Below, piece after piece: positions 10,767 through 19,448 of a stretch of DNA of 64,000 bases. The notes beneath the pieces are model-generated. The model did no database searches and had not been told where the DNA came from. It worked only from the letters and a program-made list of their open reading frames with translations. The first letter of the stretch is position 1. Each line of letters starts with the position of its first letter. The stretch is from the NCBI GenBank assembly GCA_016191235.1, contig JACPOZ010000025.1:3894-67893 (forward strand). Reading direction: 5' to 3'. The stretch is from Gammaproteobacteria bacterium. Lineage in GTDB: Bacteria; Pseudomonadota; Gammaproteobacteria; Ga0077554; Ga007554. Position numbers and translations under genes: made by a program.

Positions 10767-10830
10767 TCCTGCTATGTCGTGCGCCGCAGTGGAATCGCGG
10801 GGTGGCTCGACGGGATTACCCTGGTTTCTA
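10764..10830 (+). repeat. Degenerate remnant of the maeB 3' end (internal att-like scar)
   Basis: GCAGTGGAATCGCGGGGTGGCTCGACGGGATTACCCTGGTTTCTA aligns to 19262-19306 GCGGTGGAATCGGGGGTGGCGCGGCAGGACTATCCTGGTTTTTA. I estimate about 80-85% identity by eye. Core equivalent is GATTACCCTG at 10814-10823. Confidence 0.65.
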
Positions 10831-10882
10831 TCCGACACGCAGGCTGCCAAAAAACAGCCAGTACATGATTGACAGGACCTCC

Positions 10883-13165
10883 ATGGCAAAACTGACCGAA
10901 CAAGAACAACAGGAGATCATCCGCCATCTGGAAGCGGGTAAACCGCTGCCGGACAAATACCGCTTTCTGCTGTTTGACGACAAGCGCGAAGTCGAGCTGG
11001 TGTGGAACGGCAAAACCGGCGAGGTATGCAATGTGGTGCTGCCGTTTCAGGTGATCGAGCAGGTAGACGAGCCGCGCGCAGAGAAGAATACCTCGTTACA
11101 GTTCGGGCTGTTTGACATGGATGCCCGTGGCCGCCAGCTCAAGGGCTGGACCAATAAACTCATCTGGGGCGACAACAAGCTGATTCTCTCGTCCCTCAAA
11201 AACGGCCCGCTGCGCGAAGAGATCGAAAAACAGGGCGGCATCAAGCTGATCTACATCGACCCGCCCTTTGACGTGGGTGCGGATTTTTCGATGGACATCG
11301 AGATCGGCGGCGACACCTTCACCAAAAGACCCAACGTGCTGGAAGAACTCGCCTACCGCGACACCTGGGGCAAGGGCGCGGATTCCTTCATCGCTATGAT
11401 CTACGAGCGGCTGGTGCTGATGCGGGACTTGCTGGCGGAGGATGGGAGTATTTATGTGCATTGCGATTGGCGGGTGAATAGTCATATTAGACTCGTTGCC
11501 GACGAAGTTTTTGGCTCTTCTTATTTTCGCGGCCATATTGCATGGAAAAGAACGTCGGCACATAGCGACTCTAAATTCTTTCCATATATCCACGATTCAA
11601 TTTTGTTTTATGCGAAATCGGAGCGAACCAGGTTTTCTCGCCAGTACGAACCACTTGATGACAAATATGTGGACTCTAAATATCGGCATAAAAACACGGA
11701 TGGAAGGCTATACAGAAAAGATAACTTGACTGCTACAGGGCTTAGTGGGGGTGGCTATGATTATGAATGGAATGGAGTAAAAAGAACGTGGAGATGTCCA
11801 CCTGAAACAATGGGCAGGCACGAAAAAGAAGGCCGATTGAGTTACACGAAAAATGGTGTCGCAGAATATATAAGATACCTTGATGAGAGTGATGGAAGGA
11901 TTGTTGGTGACTTGTGGACTGATATATCTCCAGTCAATAGCCAAGCATCGGATAGACTAAACTACCCCACCCAAAAACCCGAAGCCCTCATTGAACGCAT
12001 CATCAAAGCATCCAGCAACGAAGGCGACCTGATCGCCGATTTCTTTTGCGGCTCCGGCACCACCGCCGCCGTGGCGGAAAAGCTGGGGCGCAAGTGGATC
12101 ACCAGCGACTTGGGCAAATTCGCCATCCACACCACGCGCAAGCGCCTGATCGGGGTGCAGCGGCACCTGAAGGCCGAAGACAAGCCCTACCGCGCCTTTG
12201 AAATTCTCAACCTGGGCAGGTACGAGCGCCAACATTACATCGGCGTAAACCCCAACCTGCGCGAAGTGGAAAAACAGCAGCAACTGGAGGAGAAGGAAGC
12301 CGCCTTTCTCGACCTCATCCTGCGCGCCTACCGCGCCGAACGGACGACGGGCTTTGCCACTTTCCACGGCAAGAAGGCCGGGCGGCTGGTAACGGTGGGG
12401 CCGGTGAATATGCCCATCACGCGGCTGTTCGTGGAGGAGGTGATTCTGGAGTGCCGCAAAAAGCATATCACCAAGGTGGACATGCTCGGCTTCGAGTTCG
12501 AGATGGGCCTGTTCCCCAATGTGTTGGACGAGGCGAAATCCAAAGGCATCGACATCGCGCCCAAATCCATCCCCGCCGACGTGTTCGACAAACGCGCGGT
12601 GGAAAAGAATCAGGTGGTATTCCATGATGTTTCGTTCATCGAGGTGAAGCCGATTATCAAGAAAAACAGCGTAGCGGTGGAGTTGACGGATTTTTCGGTG
12701 TTCTATTCGCAGGATTCAATTTCCGCAGCCGAAGCGTCGCTCAAGGACAAGGCCAGCAAGATCGTGGTAGACAAAGGCCAGATCGTGAAGGTAAGCAAGG
12801 ACAAGGACGGCATCGTCACCCGCGAGCAACTCACCAAACACTGGACGGACTGGATCGACTACTGGTCGGTGGATTTCGACTTCGAAAACAAACGCGAGAT
12901 AATCCGCGTCAAGAAAATCCCCTCTGGGCAAGGCGTGCTGGAAGGACTTGAGCCGCCACAAATTCAATTCGATGAGTACGAGGAAGTCTGGAGCGGGGAT
13001 TACGTTTTCGAAAATGAATGGCAATCCTTCCGCACCAAAAAAGACCGCTCGCTGGAGCTGATAAGCGTGGCGCAGGAAGTGATGCCGGGGCGGCGCAAGA
13101 TCGCGGTGAAGGTGGTGGATATTTTCGGCAACGACACGATGACGATTGTGGAGGTGCGGGTGTGA
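10883..13165 (+). CDS. mod: Type III-like DNA methyltransferase (Mod), beta-class amino-MTase with long C-terminal extension
   Basis: NKLIWGDNKLILSSL. Motif IV IYIDPPFDV precedes NYPTQKPEALIERII and motif I DFFCGSGTTAAVA. Start is uncertain (10802 GTG, 10865 or 10883 ATG). Confidence 0.85.
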   Translation: MAKLTEQEQQEIIRHLEAGKPLPDKYRFLLFDDKREVELVWNGKTGEVCNVVLPFQVIEQVDEPRAEKNTSLQFGLFDMDARGRQLKGWTNKLIWGDNKLILSSLKNGPLREEIEKQGGIKLIYIDPPFDVGADFSMDIEIGGDTFTKRPNVLEELAYRDTWGKGADSFIAMIYERLVLMRDLLAEDGSIYVHCDWRVNSHIRLVADEVFGSSYFRGHIAWKRTSAHSDSKFFPYIHDSILFYAKSERTRFSRQYEPLDDKYVDSKYRHKNTDGRLYRKDNLTATGLSGGGYDYEWNGVKRTWRCPPETMGRHEKEGRLSYTKNGVAEYIRYLDESDGRIVGDLWTDISPVNSQASDRLNYPTQKPEALIERIIKASSNEGDLIADFFCGSGTTAAVAEKLGRKWITSDLGKFAIHTTRKRLIGVQRHLKAEDKPYRAFEILNLGRYERQHYIGVNPNLREVEKQQQLEEKEAAFLDLILRAYRAERTTGFATFHGKKAGRLVTVGPVNMPITRLFVEEVILECRKKHITKVDMLGFEFEMGLFPNVLDEAKSKGIDIAPKSIPADVFDKRAVEKNQVVFHDVSFIEVKPIIKKNSVAVELTDFSVFYSQDSISAAEASLKDKASKIVVDKGQIVKVSKDKDGIVTREQLTKHWTDWIDYWSVDFDFENKREIIRVKKIPSGQGVLEGLEPPQIQFDEYEEVWSGDYVFENEWQSFRTKKDRSLELISVAQEVMPGRRKIAVKVVDIFGNDTMTIVEVRV

Positions 13166-13518
13166 GAAAGGATTTGGCGATTTCCGTGTTTGAAGTCACC
13201 AGTAATCCGCTGTGCGTCGCTTCTTTCGATGGCCAGAGAATCTATGATCGTTTGGTCGTGGCCTTGCAAGCAGGTCGAAGCGTTACGCTGTCCTTCCGCA
13301 ATGTCACCACCTTAACCACGACATTTTTGGATACGGCAATTGGTCAGTTGTACAGCGTGTTCAGTGAAGAAAAAATACGCTCATCGCTCAAAGTACAAGA
13401 TATGCTGGCCGATGATTTGACTTTATTAAAACGAGTGATAGAAACCGCTAAGCAATACTTTAAGATAATGCGCAGAGACAATTCTGCGGCTTGGGAAAAA
13501 GAGGGGACGGAGGAATGA
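13162..13518 (+). CDS. STAS-like (DUF4325-like) small protein
   Basis: GTG 13162 overlaps the mod stop (GTGA), with GAGGTG 5-11 nt upstream. Sequence ..FDGQRIYDRLVVALQAGRSVTLSFRNVTTLTTTFLDTAIGQLY.. resembles DUF4325 (from memory, unverified). Confidence 0.6.
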   Translation: MRKDLAISVFEVTSNPLCVASFDGQRIYDRLVVALQAGRSVTLSFRNVTTLTTTFLDTAIGQLYSVFSEEKIRSSLKVQDMLADDLTLLKRVIETAKQYFKIMRRDNSAAWEKEGTEE

Positions 13519-14900
13519 AAATACAAATTAAAAATCTTGGTGCATTGCAACAAGCCGAGTTCTCTCTTGGTGATATGACCATTTTATGTGGCGGCAATAA
13601 TACAGGTAAGACCTATGCCACTTATGCGCTGTTTGGTTTTTTGTCTGTCTGGCGTGAGAACTTCTCCATTCAGATACCGGAGCAAAAGATTAATCAGCTT
13701 CTTGCAGAAGGTGTTGTTCATATGGATGTGGCTGAATACAGCGATAAGGCTTCGGATATTCTCGCCTCTGGATGTGCTGCGTACACGAAGCAGTTGCCAG
13801 TAATTTTTGCTGCGCCTGCGGATCGGTTTAAGGAGAGCCAGTTTGTCGTGACTGTTGATGCCCAGGACATTCCCTCTTCTGGGGGATATGGGCGTCGCAT
13901 GGGGGCGGCTAATACCGAGCTGTTCTCCATCACCAAAGCGGAGGCCAGCAGTGATCTGGTGATCACTTTGCTGGTTGATAGAGAGCAGGTCAGAATACCA
14001 CTGGATGTCATTACAAGAGTTATTAGTGATTCGCTGAAGGACATTCTTTTCGGCCACCTCTTTCCCAATCCTTTCATCGCCAGCGCAGAAAGAACCGGTG
14101 CGGCTATTTTTCGCAAAGATTTGAATTTCGCTCGCAATCGTTTGCTAGAGGAAATGACTAAAACGGACAAGAATGTCGACCCCATGGACTTGCTATTTAA
14201 GGTCTATCAAGACTATGCCCTACCCGTAAAAGCTAATGTAGATTTTACTCGGCAGCTTGAAACTCTAGCTAAGAAGAGCAGCTTTATTGCCCAGCAACAT
14301 CCAGAGGTATTAGCTGATTTTGCTGACATCATCGGCGGTGAGTACAAAGTGACAACAAATGATGAGCTTTATTACATTCCGAAAGGTAAAAGCGTCAAAC
14401 TGACCATGGACGAAAGCTCTAGCGCGGTGCGTTCACTGTTGGATATTGGCTTCTACCTGAAGCACATGGCCAAGCCGGGTGACTTGCTTATGGTGGACGA
14501 ACCGGAGTTGAACCTTCACCCTGAAAACCAGCGGCGGGTCGCCCGGCTGTTAGCCCGCCTGGTTAATCTCGGCATTAAGGTTTTTATCACGACTCATAGT
14601 GATTACATCGTCAAAGAGTTAAATACGCTCATTATGCTCAGTCACGACAAGCCGCCGTTGAGAAGGCTTGCCGAGAGAGAGGGGTATAAACCTGAAGAGC
14701 TTATAACTTCTGAACGAGTGAGGGTTTACATTGCCGAAAAAGCATCTATCAAAGTGGATGGCGGAAGAAATAAAGTCAATCGACACACGCTGACACCCGC
14801 CGACATAGACCCTGAACTGGGCATTGAGGCTCGCAGTTTCGATACGACAATTGAAACAATGAACCGGATTCAGGAAGAAATTGTCTGGGGCGGGGAATGA
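13515..14900 (+). CDS. ABC/SMC-type ATPase (AAA_15/AAA_21-like)
   Basis: ATG overlaps the upstream stop (ATGA) and GGAGGA lies immediately upstream. Walker A GGNNTGKT, signature-like SSSAVRSLL, Walker B LLMVDEPELNLHP, H-loop ITTHSD. Confidence 0.85.
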   Translation: MKIQIKNLGALQQAEFSLGDMTILCGGNNTGKTYATYALFGFLSVWRENFSIQIPEQKINQLLAEGVVHMDVAEYSDKASDILASGCAAYTKQLPVIFAAPADRFKESQFVVTVDAQDIPSSGGYGRRMGAANTELFSITKAEASSDLVITLLVDREQVRIPLDVITRVISDSLKDILFGHLFPNPFIASAERTGAAIFRKDLNFARNRLLEEMTKTDKNVDPMDLLFKVYQDYALPVKANVDFTRQLETLAKKSSFIAQQHPEVLADFADIIGGEYKVTTNDELYYIPKGKSVKLTMDESSSAVRSLLDIGFYLKHMAKPGDLLMVDEPELNLHPENQRRVARLLARLVNLGIKVFITTHSDYIVKELNTLIMLSHDKPPLRRLAEREGYKPEELITSERVRVYIAEKASIKVDGGRNKVNRHTLTPADIDPELGIEARSFDTTIETMNRIQEEIVWGGE

Positions 14901-15457
14901 CCATGCCTGATCTCGCCATTCTTCACCAGATGATTAAAGATGGAGCCAAGGTGCCATTGCTCGAAAAACACGGCAAAAAATCAGTCGTGCTCTCTGAACC
15001 CCAGCATCCTGACTCCTCGGTAACGATTGCGGGCATGCCGGATAACACTATCGTTATCAAGGCGGATGCTTTCAAGTCTCCCGACACGGTGTTTGCTGGC
15101 TTGCAGGGTGAATGCAAGCGCGCTGATTTTGTCATTGTGGCTGACACTGGCAAAAAGAAAAGCATCGTCTGCATCGAGATGAAGGCAAAAAAAGCTTCTG
15201 AGAAGGAAATCATTCAGCAACTCTCTGGAGCGGAATGTTTTATCGTTTATTGCCGAGAGATTGGTAAGTCCTTTTGGAAGCAGCAGGATTTTCTCGCTGA
15301 TTACTCGTTTCGTTTCATCAGTATTGGTCATACCAGCATTCCCAAGCGCCGGACGCGCATTGATCGGTCTGCAGACGTTCATGATCGTCCTGATCGGATG
15401 TTGAAGATTTCCTCTCCACATCGTTTGCAATTCAATCAGCTGGCCGGAGCAAGCTGA
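14897..15457 (+). CDS. Small hypothetical protein with candidate PD-(D/E)xK nuclease motif
   Basis: 186 aa, with both ends overlapping its neighbours (ATGA at the start, TGATG at the end). Motif ..RADFVIVADTGKKKSIVCIEMKAKK.. fits D..(D)..ExK spacing. Confidence 0.5.
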   Translation: MTMPDLAILHQMIKDGAKVPLLEKHGKKSVVLSEPQHPDSSVTIAGMPDNTIVIKADAFKSPDTVFAGLQGECKRADFVIVADTGKKKSIVCIEMKAKKASEKEIIQQLSGAECFIVYCREIGKSFWKQQDFLADYSFRFISIGHTSIPKRRTRIDRSADVHDRPDRMLKISSPHRLQFNQLAGAS

Positions 15458-18144
15458 TGGCTCTGCACAAGGATTTTCCCTCATCCCCCCATGCCATCCT
15501 CGATCCCTCCATCCGCTGGTTTCCGGCGGATGAGGCCTTGCGCACATCGAGCTTTGAGAAGCTACTGCCGCCGCTGGTGCCGGAACTGCGCAAACAGGTG
15601 AAGACGTGGCGCGATAGCGGCTACGCCAAGGCGACGGAGACTAGCCGCAGCCTGCTCAACTGGTGGTTTAATACGCCACACCTGCTGCCCAAGCTTAATG
15701 GCGGAATGGTTGAGTTTCAGTATTACTTCGCCCAGCGCGAGGCGCTGGAGACCATCATCTACCTGTATGACGTGGTCGGGGTAAAAGATAAATATGACCT
15801 GATGCGCTTCGACCATTCCGGTGCGGTATCCACCGGCATGTTCGACGAAAGCTGGCGGCGCTTTGTGGTAAAGATGGCCACCGGCGCGGGCAAGACCAAG
15901 GTGATGAGTCTGGCGCTGGCGTGGAGCTACTTTCACAAGCTCTATGAGCCGGAGTCGGAGCTGGCGCGCAACTTTCTGGTGATTACGCCCAACATCATCG
16001 TGCTGGATCGTATTTACAAGGATTTTCAGGGGTTGCGTATCTTTTTTGATGACCCGGTGCTGCCGGATAATGGCGTGGATGGGCGCAACTGGCGGGATGA
16101 TTTCCAGCTGGCGTTGCATGTACAGGATGAGGTGAGAATTACTCATCCTGTCGGCAACATCTTTCTGACCAACATCCATCGGGTCTATTCAGGCGAAGAC
16201 ATTCCGCCTTCGCCCGATGATGACAACACTATGGATTATTTTCTCGGAAAACGGCCCACCGGTGCGACGACCGATTCCAAGGTGGATCTGGGCATGATCG
16301 TACGTGACATCGACGAGCTGATGGTGTTGAACGACGAGGCTCACCATATTCACGATAGTAAGCTGGCGTGGTTTAAGTCTATAGAAGATATTCACAACCG
16401 CCTCAAGCAGAAAGGCGATGCTTTGAGTTTACAGCTGGATGTAACAGCGACCCCCAAGCACAACAACGGCGCAATTTTTGTTCAGACCATTGCCGACTAC
16501 CCGTTGGTGGAAGCGATTTCGCAGAACGTGGTGAAGCACCCAGTGTTGCCCGATGCCGCCAGCCGCGCCAAGCTGGCGGAACGGCAAAGCGCCAAATACA
16601 CCGAGAAATACGCCGATTACATCAACCTCGGCGTGGTGGAGTGGCGCAAGGCGTATGCCGAACATGAGAGGCTGGGCAAGAAGGGCATCCTGTTTGTGAT
16701 GACCGACGACACCCGAAATTGTGATGATGTGGTGGATTATCTCGAAGGTAACTATCCCGATCTGAAAGGCGCCGTGCTGGTGATTCATACCAAGAATAAC
16801 GGTGAGATTTCCGAGGCATCCTCAGGCAAGAATAAAGAAGAGCTGGAGCGGCTGCGCAAACAGGCCAATGAGATCGACAGCATGGAGAGCCCCTATAAGG
16901 CCATCGTTTCCGTGTTGATGTTGAAAGAGGGCTGGGATGTGCGCAATGTCACCACCATCGTCGGGCTGCGTGCCTATTCGGCAAAGAGCAATATCCTGCC
17001 CGAGCAGACACTGGGGCGCGGCTTGCGCAAGATGTACCCCGGCGATGTGGAGGAGTATGTCAGCGTGGTGGGTACCGACGCCTTCATGGAGTTTGTCGAG
17101 TCCATTCAAGCTGAAGGTGTGGTGCTGGAACGCAAACCGATGGGTGAGGGAACCGGGCCAAAAACACCACTGATCGTTGAGATCGACAGGGACAACGAGA
17201 AGAAAGATCTTGATGCGCTGGACATAGAAATTCCGGTGATGACACCGCGCGTCTACCGGGAATACAGGAATCTGTCCGATCTTGAGGTGCGCACTCTGGA
17301 TGGTTCCAGGGTGACTTATCAGCAGTTCAGCGAAGAGCAGCAGCGGGAGATTGTCTTTAAGGACATTACCACCGGCGAGGTCACGCATAGCACTTTTCTG
17401 GATACGGCGGGCATTGCCGATTATCGCAGTGTGATCGGTTATTTTACACAGGCCATCATGAAAGATCTGCGTCTGATCAGTGGTTACGATGTGCTTTACG
17501 GCAAGGTCAAGGCATTTGTGCAGGAGCAGTTGTTCGACCAGCAGGTGGTGCTGGATGATCCCAACACCTTGCGGAATCTTTCAGAGCTGGCTGCCACCAA
17601 GACGCTGATCGAAGCATTCAAGAAAGGCATCAACGCACTTACCGTGCGGGATAAGGGCGATGCCGAGATTCGGGACTACATCAAACTGCGGCAAACCAGA
17701 CCATTTGTGGCGAAGGATCAGGGCTACCTGATCCCGAAGAAAAGCATCTTCAACAAGATCATTGGTGATAGCCATTTTGAGTTGCGATTTGCCCGCTTTC
17801 TGGATGATTGCGACGATGTTGTCTCCTACGCCAAAAACTATCTGGCGGTGCATTTCAAGCTCGATTATGTGAACGCCGATGGTAATATTTCAAATTACTA
17901 CCCAGACTTTCTGGTGAAACTGTCGAACAAGGAAATCGTTGTTGTTGAGACCAAAGGCCAGGAGGATCTAGATGTGCCGCTGAAAATGGCGCGGTTGCGA
18001 CAGTGGTGTGAGGACATCAGCCGGATTCAGTTGGAAGTAAAGTACGATTTTGTGTATGTGGATGAAGAGAGTTTTGAGCAATACAGGCCCACGTTATTCA
18101 GGCAGTTGATTGGCAGCTTCCAGGAGTACCAACAGAAAACGTGA
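15457..18144 (+). CDS. res: Type III restriction enzyme Res subunit (SF2 helicase plus C-terminal endonuclease)
   Basis: Walker A MATGAGKTKV, motif II LNDEAHH, later helicase motifs (MLKEGWDV, QTLGRGLR). C-terminal PD..ExK YYPDFLV..VVVETKG. Confidence 0.9.
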   Translation: MALHKDFPSSPHAILDPSIRWFPADEALRTSSFEKLLPPLVPELRKQVKTWRDSGYAKATETSRSLLNWWFNTPHLLPKLNGGMVEFQYYFAQREALETIIYLYDVVGVKDKYDLMRFDHSGAVSTGMFDESWRRFVVKMATGAGKTKVMSLALAWSYFHKLYEPESELARNFLVITPNIIVLDRIYKDFQGLRIFFDDPVLPDNGVDGRNWRDDFQLALHVQDEVRITHPVGNIFLTNIHRVYSGEDIPPSPDDDNTMDYFLGKRPTGATTDSKVDLGMIVRDIDELMVLNDEAHHIHDSKLAWFKSIEDIHNRLKQKGDALSLQLDVTATPKHNNGAIFVQTIADYPLVEAISQNVVKHPVLPDAASRAKLAERQSAKYTEKYADYINLGVVEWRKAYAEHERLGKKGILFVMTDDTRNCDDVVDYLEGNYPDLKGAVLVIHTKNNGEISEASSGKNKEELERLRKQANEIDSMESPYKAIVSVLMLKEGWDVRNVTTIVGLRAYSAKSNILPEQTLGRGLRKMYPGDVEEYVSVVGTDAFMEFVESIQAEGVVLERKPMGEGTGPKTPLIVEIDRDNEKKDLDALDIEIPVMTPRVYREYRNLSDLEVRTLDGSRVTYQQFSEEQQREIVFKDITTGEVTHSTFLDTAGIADYRSVIGYFTQAIMKDLRLISGYDVLYGKVKAFVQEQLFDQQVVLDDPNTLRNLSELAATKTLIEAFKKGINALTVRDKGDAEIRDYIKLRQTRPFVAKDQGYLIPKKSIFNKIIGDSHFELRFARFLDDCDDVVSYAKNYLAVHFKLDYVNADGNISNYYPDFLVKLSNKEIVVVETKGQEDLDVPLKMARLRQWCEDISRIQLEVKYDFVYVDEESFEQYRPTLFRQLIGSFQEYQQKT

Positions 18145-18172
18145 CACGGCACAAATCACCGTTTTGCGAGAA

Positions 18173-18182
18173 GACTATCCTG
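18173..18182 (+). repeat. Boundary core GACTATCCTG, copy at the right end of the mod-res module
   Basis: Exact 10-mer 29 nt after the res stop. The following ..CGCTTAT.. matches the sequence after the 20923 core. Confidence 0.6.
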
Positions 18183-18212
18183 TCAATTGCCTCGCTTATG
18201 AGGCCCCGATAG

Positions 18213-18536
18213 TTACTTCGGCAAACCACCACCCTCTCCGCCAATAGCAATCATCCCGGACAACTCCGATGTTTGCGCCTTCAGAAACGCTAACAATCGA
18301 GCCGGGTAGCCAGGGAAAGCCGCGTCTTTAACAGACGGCCGGGCAGCAAGCGCGGAACGCCATGCCCGCACTTTTGGGGTGCAATCATATACGCCGAAGT
18401 AGCGGAAAATCGGGCCGAATACCGCGTCGACCATCGAGAAGCGCTCACCGGCAAAGTAAGGCCCCACCTTGAGTTGCTGCTCGATAGTTTCGAACTTCGC
18501 CTGGAGGTCAGCGTGTTTGATCTCGTGCGCCTTGGC
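18213..18536 (-). pseudogene. 3' fragment of a glutathione S-transferase gene (divergent second allele)
   Basis: Translates to ..[73 protein letters not shown].., matching the C-terminal third of the GST at 20942-21637. It has an in-frame roughly 9-aa gap. It has no 5' part and abuts the maeB fragment. Confidence 0.8.
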
Positions 18537-19307
18537 ATACCGGTGTTCCACGACGACCAGCATGGCACCGCCATCATCGTCGCCGCAGGTCTGCTCAACG
18601 CCCTGGAACTGCAAGGCAAGTCCATCGGCGAGGCGCGCATCGTATGCCTGGGCGCGGGCGCTGCGGGTATCGCCTCGATGCGCCTGCTGGTGGCGCTGGG
18701 CGCGAAAAAGCACAATATCTTCCTCACTGACCGCCAGGATGTGATACACAGCGGCCGCACCGACCTCAACACCTACAAGCGCGAGTTCGCCATCGACACC
18801 GGCAGGCGCACCCTGGCCGACGCCATGCAGGATGCGGATGTGCTGATCGGCGTATCCGGCCCCGATCTGGTAACGCCCGAGATGCTGGAAGTCATGGCGC
18901 CCCGCCCCATCGTTTTCGCCCTGTCCAATCCCGACCCCGAAATCCGCCCCGCCGTGGCTCACGCGGTGCGTAGCGACCTGATCATGGCCACCGGGCGGAG
19001 CGATTACCCTAACCAGGTCAACAACGTGCTGGGTTTCCCGTTCATCTTCCGCGGCGCCCTGGACGTGCGCGCCACACGCATCAACCAGGCCATGCAGATC
19101 GCCGCCGTGCATGCCTTGCAGGCGCTGGCCCACGAACCGGTGCCCCGCGATGTGCTGGAGGCCTACAAGCTAGACCACCTGGAATTCGGCCCCGATTACA
19201 TCATCCCAAAACCCTTCGACCTGCGTCTGATCGACCGCGTACCAGCCGCTGTGGCGCGGGCTGCGGTGGAATCGGGGGTGGCGCGGCAGGACTATCCTGG
19301 TTTTTAG
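18537..19307 (+). pseudogene. 3' fragment of the malic-enzyme gene (second allele, promoterless and 5'-truncated)
   Basis: Collinear with 8655-9416. By eye I count about 30 substitutions over about 760 bp, and all but one (G to D) are synonymous. It ends ..QDYPGF* where copy 1 ends ..QDYPEYYR*. Confidence 0.85.
19290..19299 (+). repeat. Boundary core GACTATCCTG, copy at the left end of the Fic module
   Basis: Exact 10-mer at the end of the maeB fragment. Confidence 0.6.
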
Positions 19308-19326
19308 TTGAATGGCGGAAATCAAG

Positions 19327-19366
19327 CTCGTAGGACGCAAAGCCTGCAGGCATTGTGCCCTACGAG
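19327..19366. repeat. REP-like imperfect hairpin (GTAGGAC...GCCCTAC type) with central GCCTGCAGGC palindrome
   Basis: CTCGTAGG/CCTACGAG outer stem plus CGCAA/TTGTG inner stem. It lies directly after the maeB-fragment stop. Confidence 0.5.
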
Positions 19367-19448
19367 TTCTGTATAGGGGCAGCTTGGTACATGGGTGGCA
19401 TCGCCACATGACGCTTAGGTCAGGTCTTCGTAGAAGAAATGGGGATTG

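Noticed and set aside
18213-19133. 306-aa minus-strand ORF in the supplied track
   Set aside because: It is a chimera. Its C-terminal third is the genuine GST fragment. The remainder is the antisense shadow of the maeB fragment and mirrors the antisense ORF 8183-9295 opposite intact maeB.
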